DNA from: Acidobacteriota bacterium | GTDB taxonomy: Bacteria > Acidobacteriota > Vicinamibacteria > Vicinamibacterales > UBA2999 | Assembly: GCA_020851835.1 (NCBI GenBank) | Contig: JADZBZ010000214.1 | Span: 1-57,246, forward strand | DNA length: 57,246 bases | Reading direction: 5' to 3' | Shown here: positions 46,269 to 57,246 of the stretch, piece by piece | Numbering within the stretch: position 1 is the first letter of the stretch | Layout: each line of letters begins with the position of its first letter | Translations under genes and position numbers: made by a program | Notes under the pieces: model-generated | Told to the model about the DNA's origin: nothing | The model's input: only the letters and a program-made list of their open reading frames with translations | Database searches by the model: none

Positions 46269-47390
46269 CTAAGGCAAGGGGGTCGGCAAGGACGGCCCGG
46301 CCGAGAGCGTCTCGCGGTCACACGCCATCAGCGCGTCGACGATGTCACCGTCGAACTGGCGCCCGCGCTCTTCCTCGATGGCGGCAATCGCCATCTCCGG
46401 CGTCCTCCCCTGGCGATAGGGCCGATCGGTCGTCATCGCGTCGAACGCGTCGGCGATGGCCACCATGCGTCCGGGAAGCGGAATGTCGTGTCCCTTGAGA
46501 CCGCGCGGGTACCCGCTGCCGTCCCAGCGCTCGTGGTGCGTCAGAGCGATCGTCGACGCCAGCCGCAGCAACGGCATGTCGCTGCCGCCGAGAATCCGGG
46601 CGCCGATCGTGGTGTGCGACTGCATTACCTGCGCCTCCAGCGAGGTGAGCGGGCCCGGCTTACGGAGCAGGGCGTCGGGAATGCCGATCTTGCCGACGTC
46701 GTGCAGCGCGGACGCACGCGCCAGCAGGTCGGCGTCCGAGGGCGACCGGCCCATCGCCGTCGCCAGGGTGCTGATGATCCGGCCCACACGGGTGTTGTGG
46801 TTGTTGGTCGAGTCGTCGCGGTACTCGGACGCCATCGCGAGGCGTTCGATCATCTCGATTCGCGCCGATTCGAGCTCGAGTGTGCGCCCGCGCACCGAGT
46901 CGCGGAGCGACCGGTTCTGCTTGCGCAGGTCATGGAAGAGCAGGCGGGTTTCGAGCTGGTTGCGGACGCGGATGGCGATTTCGGTGAAGTCGAACGGCTT
47001 GGTCACGAAGTCGCGGGCGCCGCGCGTGAGGGCCTGGCGCCGGACGTCGGAGGAGTCGTCCCCGGTGACTACGATGACCGGCAGCCGGTCGGCGTGGATG
47101 AGCGGAGCCAGGGCATCGAGCACGTCGAACCCGTCGCGTTCGGGCATGTGCACGTCGAGCAGCACCAGGTCCGGGGGCGTGCTCGTGATGAAGGCTTCGA
47201 CCTGCCGGGCGTCGGTGAGTCCCGACACGTTGGTGAAACCGGCCCGCGCCAGCAGCATCTTCACCAGCTCCACATTGAGCGGCTCGTCGTCGATGGCCAG
47301 GATGTGCGCGGCCGAGCTGAGCCGCTCGAGCCGGGCCGGCTCGCCGAAATACTCGCTGTCGTCGTGAAAGGCGGGCGGGAAGGCGATCAT
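46269..47390 (-). CDS. Response regulator with HD-GYP phosphodiesterase domain (RpfG-like)
   Basis: REC: ILAIDDEPLNVELV...LVLLDVHMPERDGFDV. HD-GYP: ALHDVGKIGIP...HHERWDGSGYPRGL. Confidence 0.85.
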   Translation of the reverse strand: MIAFPPAFHDDSEYFGEPARLERLSSAAHILAIDDEPLNVELVKMLLARAGFTNVSGLTDARQVEAFITSTPPDLVLLDVHMPERDGFDVLDALAPLIHADRLPVIVVTGDDSSDVRRQALTRGARDFVTKPFDFTEIAIRVRNQLETRLLFHDLRKQNRSLRDSVRGRTLELESARIEMIERLAMASEYRDDSTNNHNTRVGRIISTLATAMGRSPSDADLLARASALHDVGKIGIPDALLRKPGPLTSLEAQVMQSHTTIGARILGGSDMPLLRLASTIALTHHERWDGSGYPRGLKGHDIPLPGRMVAIADAFDAMTTDRPYRQGRTPEMAIAAIEEERGRQFDGDIVDALMACDRETLSAGPSLPTPLP

Positions 47391-47585
47391 GGCATCGTGT
47401 CCGCTTGCAAGGGCGGTACCGCAACCTCCAAATTCGTTAAGTGCCTTGCACCGAGGTACTTGGCTCCGAGAACCCCTGCCGGGCGGCTGTGCACACGTGC
47501 GCGCGCACAGCGTGAATGCTACACTGTTTCCCACGTTCCATGCACCAGAGCCGGTCGCGACTGGCCGGGCTGGTGGCGGGCCGCA

Positions 47586-47691
47586 CCGCGGCTCGGGACC
47601 TGTGCAATCTCAGGGCGGCGAACCGCGTCAGGGCCGGAAGGCAGCAGCGCTCAGTCGTTTCCGTGATGTGTGCAGCCATTCCGGGCCGCGG
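47586..47691 (+). ncRNA. ffs: Signal recognition particle RNA (small/4.5S type)
   Basis: Long imperfect hairpin CCGCGGCUCGGGACCUGUGCA.../...UGUGCAGCCAUUCCGGGCCGCGG with apical GUCAGGGCCGGAAGGCAGCAGC, which matches the conserved domain IV motif. Classic position upstream of dnaX. Confidence 0.7.
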
Positions 47692-47724
47692 TGAGGCCCG
47701 TGGGCGCGGACGGTCCTCTCCCCG

Positions 47725-49413
47725 ATGTCCTACCAGGTTCTCGCCCGCAAGTGGCGGCCGCAGCGCTTCGACGACGTGCTCGGTCAGCAGGCCGTCACCC
47801 GGACGCTCGGCAACGCCCTCAAGAGCCGCCGGCTCGCGCACGCCTTCGTCTTCGCCGGCCCGCGGGGCTGCGGCAAGACGACCAGCGCCCGCATCCTCGC
47901 GCGCGCGCTCAACTGCGTGAACGGGCCCACGGCCGAGCCCTGCGGGGTGTGCGACGCCTGCGTCGAGATTGCCGAGGGGCGCGACATGGACGTGCTCGAA
48001 ATCGACGCCGCCACGCACACCGGCGTGGACAACGTCCGCGAGGTCATCATCGAGGGGCTGTCGATCGCTCCCGTCCGCAATCGCTACAAGGTGTTCATCA
48101 TCGACGAGGTTCACATGCTGTCGGCCTCGTCCTTCAACGCCCTGCTCAAGTCCATCGAGGAGCCGCCGCCGCACGTGGTCTTCATGATGGCGACCACCGA
48201 GCTGCACAAGATTCCCGACACCGTGCTGTCGCGGGCCCAGGTCCACGAGTTTCGGACCATCCCGGCCAGGACGGTGGCCGAGCGGCTGCGCTACATCGCC
48301 GGGGAGGAGCACATCGACGTGCCAGACGAGGCGCTCATGCTGCTCGCCCGGGCGGGCGAGGGGAGCATGCGCGACTCCCTGAGCGCTCTCGACCAGGTGC
48401 GGGCCTTCGCCGGCGACCGCATCGCCACCGAGGACGTGGTCGCCGTGCTCGGCCTGGTTGGGCGCGATCTCGTCATGGACATGCTCGATGCGGTCGTGAC
48501 CGAGGACGCGCCGGCGGCCTTCACGCTGACCGAACGCGCCATCGAGCGCGGCTACGACCTGCGCCTGCTGTGCCGCGAGCTGTCGCGCGCCATGCGGGAC
48601 CTGTTGTTGCTGTCGGTCGACCGGAAGAGGGCCTCGGACCCGGAGGTGGTCGGCGACGGCGACCGCGAGCGCCTGTTGGCCCTGGCGGACCGCTGGTCGC
48701 GCGAAGACCTGCTCCGCGGCTTCGACCTGCTGACGCGCGCCGAGCAGGAGATTCGCGGCTCCGAACAGCCCCGCTACAACCTCGAGATGGCGTTGCTGCG
48801 CCTGATGCACCTGCGGAAACTCGTGCCGCTGACAGATCTGCTGTCGGGCGCCGCCGGAGCGCGGGGCGTGGCCGGTGCGAGTGCGCCGCCGCCGCGCCGC
48901 CTGGCGACGCCGACGTCAGCGCCAGTGCGGACGACGGCGCCGGGTCGCGCCGCCGGCGCCGCTCCGGCCTCCCGGGTCGCACCCGCCCCGCCGGCCGCAT
49001 CGGCCGCGCCTGGTACGCTCAACCGCGACGCCTTCCTCGCCGAATTGAAGGCCGCCAAACCGACTTTCTACAATCTCGTCGTCGCGCAGGCGTTCAGCAT
49101 CGACGCGGATCAGTCGGGCGTGAGGTTCCGGTTCCAGCCGAATCAGAAGGTGCCCAAGAGCCAGTGCGAGGAGCAGCGCGCGTGGGTGCAATCGATTGTC
49201 GAGCGGCTCACGGGTGTGCGGCTGCCGGTGACCGTTGCCTTCACCGATCCCGCGGCCGTGCCCGGGCCACCACCACCCGCCGCGCCGGCTGTGCCCGTGG
49301 CGGCCTCGCCGGCGAAGTCAGGCGGAGAGCAGGCCTCGCCGCTGGAGCACGAGACGGTGCGCAGCCTCCTCGAGATTTTCCCGGTGGAGAAGACGTCGGT
49401 GGAAGGTGAGTAG
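47725..49413 (+). CDS. dnaX: DNA polymerase III subunits gamma/tau
   Basis: FAGPRGCGKTTSARILA (P-loop), Zn module CGVCDAC, KVFIIDEVHML. Confidence 0.95.
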   Translation: MSYQVLARKWRPQRFDDVLGQQAVTRTLGNALKSRRLAHAFVFAGPRGCGKTTSARILARALNCVNGPTAEPCGVCDACVEIAEGRDMDVLEIDAATHTGVDNVREVIIEGLSIAPVRNRYKVFIIDEVHMLSASSFNALLKSIEEPPPHVVFMMATTELHKIPDTVLSRAQVHEFRTIPARTVAERLRYIAGEEHIDVPDEALMLLARAGEGSMRDSLSALDQVRAFAGDRIATEDVVAVLGLVGRDLVMDMLDAVVTEDAPAAFTLTERAIERGYDLRLLCRELSRAMRDLLLLSVDRKRASDPEVVGDGDRERLLALADRWSREDLLRGFDLLTRAEQEIRGSEQPRYNLEMALLRLMHLRKLVPLTDLLSGAAGARGVAGASAPPPRRLATPTSAPVRTTAPGRAAGAAPASRVAPAPPAASAAPGTLNRDAFLAELKAAKPTFYNLVVAQAFSIDADQSGVRFRFQPNQKVPKSQCEEQRAWVQSIVERLTGVRLPVTVAFTDPAAVPGPPPPAAPAVPVAASPAKSGGEQASPLEHETVRSLLEIFPVEKTSVEGE

Positions 49414-49414
49414 C

Positions 49415-49699
49415 ATGAACATCCAGGACATGATGAAGCAGGCGCAGGAGATGCAGCAGCAGATGACCGAGTTGCGCGTCGAGGCCACGGCGGGTGGCGG
49501 GATGGTGAGCGTGGTGGTCAACGGCCACAAGCACGTGCTCACCCTGACGATCGATCCCGAGGTGGTCGCGAAGGAAGACGTCGGCATGCTGCAGGACCTG
49601 ATCGTCGCCGCCGTCAACGACGCCCACCGCAGAGTGGACGAGGCGCTCAAGCAGAAGATGGGCGGCTTGATGTCGGGCCTCGGACTGCCCGGCCTCTAG
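49415..49699 (+). CDS. ybaB: YbaB/EbfC-family nucleoid-associated protein
   Basis: 94 aa. MNIQDMMKQAQEMQQQM... Conserved dnaX-ybaB-recR order. Confidence 0.9.
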   Translation: MNIQDMMKQAQEMQQQMTELRVEATAGGGMVSVVVNGHKHVLTLTIDPEVVAKEDVGMLQDLIVAAVNDAHRRVDEALKQKMGGLMSGLGLPGL

Positions 49700-49750
49700 C
49701 GCCACCGACGCCGAACCCGAGAACGCCCAACCCCGACAACCCCGAAGGCC

Positions 49751-50344
49751 GTGCTCCCCGAATCCCTCCAGCACCTCATCGACCAGTTCAAGCGCCTGCC
49801 CGGCATCGGCGGCAAGAGCGCCCAGCGGCTGGCCTTCCACGTCCTGCGCACCCCGCGCGAGGATGCCGAGCGGCTGTGCGAGGCCATCCGCCTGGTCAAG
49901 GACCGCGTCACCTACTGCACTATCTGCAGCAACATCACCGATGCCGACCCGTGTCTCATCTGCGCCGACCAGAGCCGCGATCGGACCAGCATCTGCGTGG
50001 TCGAGGAACCGCAGAACGTGCACGTCATCGAGAAGACGCGCGGCTTCCGCGGCACCTACCACGTGCTGATGGGCGCCATCTCGCCGCTGGCCGGCGTGGG
50101 GCCGGACGACCTGAAGATCAAGGACCTGCTCGTCCGCATCGGGGCGGGCGGTGTGGAGGAAATCATCCTCGCGACCAATCCCACGGTGGAGGGCGAGGCC
50201 ACGGCCATCTACCTGGCGCGCCTCCTCAAGCCGCTTGGCCCGCGCGTGACGCGCATCGCCATGGGCATCCCCGTCGGCAGCGACATCGAGTACGCGGACG
50301 ACCTGACGATGACCAGGGCGATGGAAGGGCGGCGGGAACTGTAA
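49751..50344 (+). CDS. recR: Recombination protein RecR
   Basis: [15 protein letters not shown] (HhH), C4 zinc finger CTICSN...CLIC, Toprim ICVVEEP. Confidence 0.95.
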   Translation: MLPESLQHLIDQFKRLPGIGGKSAQRLAFHVLRTPREDAERLCEAIRLVKDRVTYCTICSNITDADPCLICADQSRDRTSICVVEEPQNVHVIEKTRGFRGTYHVLMGAISPLAGVGPDDLKIKDLLVRIGAGGVEEIILATNPTVEGEATAIYLARLLKPLGPRVTRIAMGIPVGSDIEYADDLTMTRAMEGRREL

Positions 50345-50403
50345 AAGGCAGCCGCCTCGGCCCTCGGCACCTGCTAAGATTCTCCATCCCTTCCCCCGGG
50401 ACC

Positions 50404-51036
50404 ATGCTGCCTGTCGCCTATCAGTTCCCGGCCGCCGCACTGCTCGTTTCTGGCGGGCTCCTGTCGTGCCTGTTCGGCTACCGGCTGTTCCGGTTCGTCC
50501 TCGCTATCTTCGGCTTCATACTTGGAGCGCTGGCGGCCAGTTCCGTGTTCGGCGAGGGCGCCGGGACGGCCATGGCGATTGCCGCCATCGTGGGTGGGCT
50601 GGTCGGCGCGGGGCTGCTGCTGGCCGCCTACTTCGTCGGGGTGGCCCTCGTCGGGGCGGGGCTTGGCGCCCTGCTCGTCAACCTGCTCTGGGCGCGCATC
50701 CAGGGCGATCCGCATCCCGCGCTGGTCATCATCGCCGCCGTTGCTGGCGCTCTGGTGGCCACGTGGCTGCAGCGCTATGTCATCATTCTCGCCACCGCCT
50801 TTGGCGGTGCGTGGACCACGGTGGTCGGCGCGGCCGCATTGCTGGGTAACGCGGCCACGCTCAAGGCGGCGTCCGAGGGCGATATCTGGGTGGCGTATCC
50901 CATGAACCCCGCGCCGGGCCAGGGCTGGGTGCCTTGGACCTTTCTCGGCCTGGGCTTGACGGGTACGCTGGTCCAGATGTACTGGACCGGCGGCGATCGC
51001 GGTCGCATTGGACGCCGGCGCTCGAAGCCGAAGTGA
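50404..51036 (+). CDS. Polytopic membrane protein (DUF4203-like)
   Basis: Six to seven Gly/Ala-rich TM helices. The start is an internal ATG of ORF 49876..51036. Confidence 0.5.
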   Translation: MLPVAYQFPAAALLVSGGLLSCLFGYRLFRFVLAIFGFILGALAASSVFGEGAGTAMAIAAIVGGLVGAGLLLAAYFVGVALVGAGLGALLVNLLWARIQGDPHPALVIIAAVAGALVATWLQRYVIILATAFGGAWTTVVGAAALLGNAATLKAASEGDIWVAYPMNPAPGQGWVPWTFLGLGLTGTLVQMYWTGGDRGRIGRRRSKPK

Positions 51037-51078
51037 GGCCGTGCGGCTGAGCGCGTGCCACCGGCGAGAGGACTCCGA

Positions 51079-52086
51079 TCAGCGGACGGCGTCGGCGGCG
51101 GCCAGGCCACTCAGGAACGCGGCTTCGATGCGATTGCCCGCGCACCAATCCCCGCACGCCACCAAGTGTCGATCGTGATCGGCGAGCGCGCCGGCCGCCA
51201 GTGGCGGGTCGGCGCAGGCGAACGGCCACCGGTGCGCGCTCAGGTGCACCGGCAACGGCAGAGATCCCCGCACCAGGTCGCCGAAGGCGTTCAACAGGAA
51301 CGGTCCGACGGCGTCGGGCGCATCGCCGGCGTGGGCCTCGCTCCAGGCTCCGGCGCCGTGCAGCACCCACGTCTCGGCCAGGCCGCGCCGGGGTTTCGAC
51401 CGATCCCGCGCGATCCAGCCGAGTGGGCTGCCGGCCACGAACGCACCGTCGAAGGAGGTGGGGACGCGATCGCTGAACGCCGCCATCGCCACCCAGCATG
51501 GGTGCATCCGCACGGCCGCGGCCCGCTGCGCGAGTGACGGCGACTCTGCCAGCAGCGGGACGGCCTGAGACGCCGGAACGGCCACTACCGCCGCGTCGAA
51601 CGGGCCGAGCGTCCGGCCGTCGTGGAGTGAGGCGAGCCAGCGGCCAGCCGCGCCCTGCTCGTCGCGGGTCAGGGCCGTGACCCGCGTTTCGCAGTGCACG
51701 TCGAGGCCGCGCGCCAGGTGCCGTCCGATGGCGCTCATGCTCGGCACGCCCACCCACCGCCTGCGCTCGTCTTCGAGAGCCTCGCGCCCTTCGCTGTCGA
51801 ATGTCGCGAGAGCGCCATGCCACACCTGGACGGTTCGCGCCTTGTGCCACGCCTCGACCTCGCGTTCGAACCGCCTATCGCGCACCGTGAAGTACTGGGC
51901 GCCATGATCGAAGGCGAGCGCCGCCAGTTCCGGCCGATCGGCATCCTCGTCCACAATGCGGCGGGTCGAGACGCGACCGCCCGGCGCACGCGCCTTGTCG
52001 ACGACCGTGACATCGCGGCCGCGTTCCTGCAGGTGGCGCGCGGCGGTCAGGCCCGCGATGCCTGCGCCGATGACGAGGATTCGCAT
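51079..52086 (-). CDS. NAD(P)/FAD-dependent oxidoreductase (amine-oxidase/renalase-like)
   Basis: MRILVIGAGIAGLTAARHL...VVDKARAPGGRV is a dinucleotide-binding fold. Confidence 0.7.
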   Translation of the reverse strand: MRILVIGAGIAGLTAARHLQERGRDVTVVDKARAPGGRVSTRRIVDEDADRPELAALAFDHGAQYFTVRDRRFEREVEAWHKARTVQVWHGALATFDSEGREALEDERRRWVGVPSMSAIGRHLARGLDVHCETRVTALTRDEQGAAGRWLASLHDGRTLGPFDAAVVAVPASQAVPLLAESPSLAQRAAAVRMHPCWVAMAAFSDRVPTSFDGAFVAGSPLGWIARDRSKPRRGLAETWVLHGAGAWSEAHAGDAPDAVGPFLLNAFGDLVRGSLPLPVHLSAHRWPFACADPPLAAGALADHDRHLVACGDWCAGNRIEAAFLSGLAAADAVR

Positions 52087-52096
52087 CTGCGGGCTC

Positions 52097-53375
52097 CTAC
52101 TGCGTCATGACGCGGCCGAGGCTGCCCTTGTACCCCGTCATCTCGAGATAGCCTCGTCCGGTGACCGGCCGGTCGCGCGCCGTGCCGGACACGTCCACCA
52201 GCCCTTCCCAGTACGCGATGCCGGCACCCGAGGTGGCCAGCTCCTGGTTGGCGAGGGGAGTGGTGACCCGCAACTCGAGCTGCTGCGTGGGAATGGTGAC
52301 CCGCCATCCGACGGGGTAGGTGGCGCCTGATGGCGCCGTGAACGTCTGGCCGCCGGGGGCCAGGGTGAAGTCGGCCGCGGCCAGGTGGGTGGCGCGTCCC
52401 TTCGCGTCCACCAGGGTGCCGCTCGATCGCGGGTCGCGCGACCCATCGCCTCGCCTCAGCTGGTAGATCATCAGCTCGCCCCCGTCGCCGAGTTGCAGCG
52501 ACAGCCAGTCCCAGCCCTGCTGCTCGCGCTCGAGGAAGCTGGTGCCGAACTCGTGATCCATCCAGCTCTCGCCGGTCACCTCGAAGCGTTGGCCGTCGAT
52601 CGTGAGCGTTCCGTGCGTGGGCATGCGCGTGAGCGAGTAGTAGTGCGACGCGTTCCCCGCCTCCGCGCCCTTCTGGCTGATCCCGTCCACGCCGTTGATG
52701 ACCGGTCCCTTGCCCTCGTCGAGGACGAGGTCCACGCCGGCCGCGCGGCTGGCGGCACGGATGAGGTGACGGCCCCGATCGTCGAGTCGGGCTGTCCAGT
52801 CTTCGTTCCACACGCGATAGCGCCCCGCGGCGGCGCCCGACAGGCCGGGCCCTGCGCGGGTGAGCTTCTCGTCGAAACGGTACCGCTGCCCCGAAGGATC
52901 GCTGACGGCCAGGTGCGCCATGTAGAGATCGCGCACCGCCCAAGCCGACGGGTTGGCCGGGGCGGGATCCACGCCGACGCGGAAGAACGTCACCTGGTAG
53001 CCGAACCGCCGACCCGCGGCGGTGTCGACGTTACCCGTGTAGTACCACCACTCGATCTTGTAGTCGGGATGATTGGCGTGATCGCGCGGGAACGCGTAGC
53101 GATAGCCGGACGTCGCCTCGCGCCAGTCGGAGAGGGACGCCGGGACTGAAGTCCCGGCGCTCCGTGCTGCGGCGGTCTCGACCGGGACTGAAGTCCCGGC
53201 GCTGCGTGCTGCGGCGGTCTCGGCGGTCCGTACCTGGGACGCCGCGCCAGTGGACGGCCTTGGCAGCAGGGCCATCGCAATAATGCCGACCAGCGCCGCG
53301 TACCGTGCGACCGGCCTGCTGGAGCGCCGGGGCTTCAGCCCCGGCGATGCCTCACCCGGCACCCGGCACTCGTGT

Positions 53376-53386
<11 letters not shown>
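52097..53386 (-). CDS. AttH/CrtC-like lipocalin-fold protein (secreted)
   Basis: FPRDHANHPDYKIEWWYYTGN...FGYQVTFFR is the AttH/hydroxyneurosporene-synthase-like signature. Sits downstream of the ABC ATPase/permease. Confidence 0.7.
53141..53224. repeat. 42-bp tandem duplication (2 units) inside the AttH-like gene
   Basis: CGGGACTGAAGTCCCGGCGCT(C/G)CGTGCTGCGGCGGTCTCG(AC/GC) occurs twice. Encodes the duplicated ETAAARSAGTSVP(V/A). Each unit contains hairpin GGGACT-GA-AGTCCC. Confidence 0.85.
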
Positions 53387-56028
<2,642 letters not shown>

Positions 56029-56048
<20 letters not shown>

Positions 56049-56766
56049 CGATGACGCCGGAGGCCGGCACGCGTGACGCGGGTGCCGGACGCGGCGCCTC
56101 GGCGAAACGCCCGTCGCGCATCCGCAGGACGAGGCCCGCCGCGGCGGCCACCTCCCGCGCGTGCGTGGCGAGCAGGATGGTGATGCCCATCTCGCGATTG
56201 AGCTCGGCCAGCAGCGCCAGCACGCGGGCGCCGTTCTCCGAATCGAGATTGCCGGTCGGCTCGTCAGCGACGAGCAGCGCGGGCTCGTGCACGAGAGCGC
56301 GCGCGATGGCCGCGCGCTGCATCTCGCCGCCCGACACTTCCTGCGGGTAGTGGCGCAGGCGGTGTCCGATGCCCACGCGCTCGGCCATCTCCGTCGCGCG
56401 TCGCCCGGCGTCGGCACCGGCCATGCCGCCGAGCAGGCAGGGCAGGGCGATGTTGTCGGCCAGCGTGAGCGTGGGTAGCAGATTGAAGAACTGGAACACG
56501 AAGCCGATACGATCCCGCCTCAGCGCCGTCAGCGCATCGTCGGAGAGCTTCGCGAGGTCGCGCCCTTCGAGCGCCACCGAGCCCGACGAGGGACGGTCCA
56601 TGGCGCCACACAGGTGCAACAGGGTGGACTTGCCACAGCCCGACGGGCCCATCAGCGCGATGAAGGCGCCCGAATCGAGCGAGAACGAGACGCCGTCGAG
56701 GGCCCGGACGGTCGTCGTGCCCCCTGTGTAGTTCTTGGTCACGTCCGTAACGGTGAGCAGGGCCAT
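56029..56766 (-). CDS. ABC transporter ATP-binding protein (MacB/LolD-like)
   Basis: Walker [10 protein letters not shown], signature VSGGEMQR, Walker [13 protein letters not shown]. Confidence 0.9.
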
Positions 56767-56854
56767 GCCTACATGGTATGACTCTGGGCGACTGGCCGGG
56801 GGTTCGGGCCGGGCGGCCTTGGAGAAAGCCGGGCCTTCGGCCGATATCTGACTC

Positions 56855-57246
56855 GTGAGCCTTGGTCAGGCCCAGGTCGTGGCGGCGGCGGTGACCCTGC
56901 TGCTGGCGTGCGGCTTTGCCTGCATCTTCTGGCGGCGCGGGCGGCAGCCGGCCGGGATGGTTCCGGGTCGGCCGGGAGGGCCGCGGGCCCGGAAGGCCTG
57001 GAGACACAGGCCCGCCATCGAGGCGCGCCTCGAGGCGGCGATGCGGCTGCTGGGTGCACGAGGGATCATCCTGTGGGCCGCCGATGCGGCGGGCCGGCAC
57101 CTGCACATTCATGCGTCGTCCGGTTATCCGCCTTCGTTTCTGCAGACAGTGGGGCCCATTCCGCTGGAGGCGCGCCTGCTCACGGCGGTCGCGTATGTCG
57201 AGGGCCGGGCGCGCACGCGGCGGCGCAAGGGCTGGCACCTGGCGGC
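56855..57246 (+). CDS. Partial CDS (runs off the window): N-terminal TM helix followed by a GAF-like region
   Basis: Frame is open from GTG 56855 to the window end. [21 protein letters not shown] segment. ...[23 protein letters not shown]... Confidence 0.35.
   Translation, partial: MSLGQAQVVAAAVTLLLACGFACIFWRRGRQPAGMVPGRPGGPRARKAWRHRPAIEARLEAAMRLLGARGIILWAADAAGRHLHIHASSGYPPSFLQTVGPIPLEARLLTAVAYVEGRARTRRRKGWHLA

Noticed and set aside
47497-47520. Hairpin GCTGTGC-(N10)-GCACAGC upstream of the SRP RNA as a separate ncRNA
   Set aside because: It is a short isolated stem in the promoter/5' UTR region between divergent units. There is no further structure or terminator to support a gene.

Overview
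High-GC bacterial DNA, probably Acidobacteriota. That call rests on three PadR-regulator + ADOP-type (duplicated MacB/FtsX) permease pairs plus two further ADOP fragments, a pairing I know as characteristic of that phylum. All family calls come from reading the supplied translations and the DNA; no searches were run.

The window has two parts.

(1) nt 1 to ~39,800 is a heavily rearranged accessory region.
- Intact modules: PadR-ADOP x3, a TetR, a hybrid histidine kinase + REC-PP2C pair, VapBC x2, HicAB, and a RelE/ParE pair.
- These are interleaved with at least 19 truncated or frameshifted gene remnants: rho, quinone oxidoreductase, Ser/Thr kinase, TolB-like propeller, amidohydrolase, D-aminoacylase, aldo/keto reductase, SPFH, DUF1223, DUF4412-like, sigma-70 region 4, ADOP pieces, three IS transposase pieces, two tyrosine integrases and half a tRNA-Ser.

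(2) nt ~39,880 to the end looks like ordinary conserved chromosome.
- A structured leader + terminator, then asd-lysC-dapB-dapA-dapD-dapE(M20).
- An HD-GYP response regulator.
- SRP RNA-dnaX-ybaB-recR.
- A membrane protein, an FAD oxidoreductase, and an AttEFGH-like ABC operon.

The most unusual signal is a 96-nt sequence present in five 100%-identical, co-oriented copies, plus one mosaic variant, one degenerate inverted copy and one 3' partial copy.
- Its right end is invariant (...GCGACTATCGTC).
- Most copies (the 4372..4467 copy is the clear exception) sit at a breakpoint between unrelated gene fragments.
- It has no terminal inverted repeats, no target duplication and no associated transposase or recombinase that I can recognise.

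Second signal: an AhpD/CMD-like peroxidase-related ORF whose only in-frame stop is a TGA at the second Cys of CxxCxxxH, followed 11 nt later by a GC hairpin. This is a selenoprotein candidate, or alternatively a pseudogene.

Many long ORFs in the six-frame track are antisense artefacts of high GC content and were not called.
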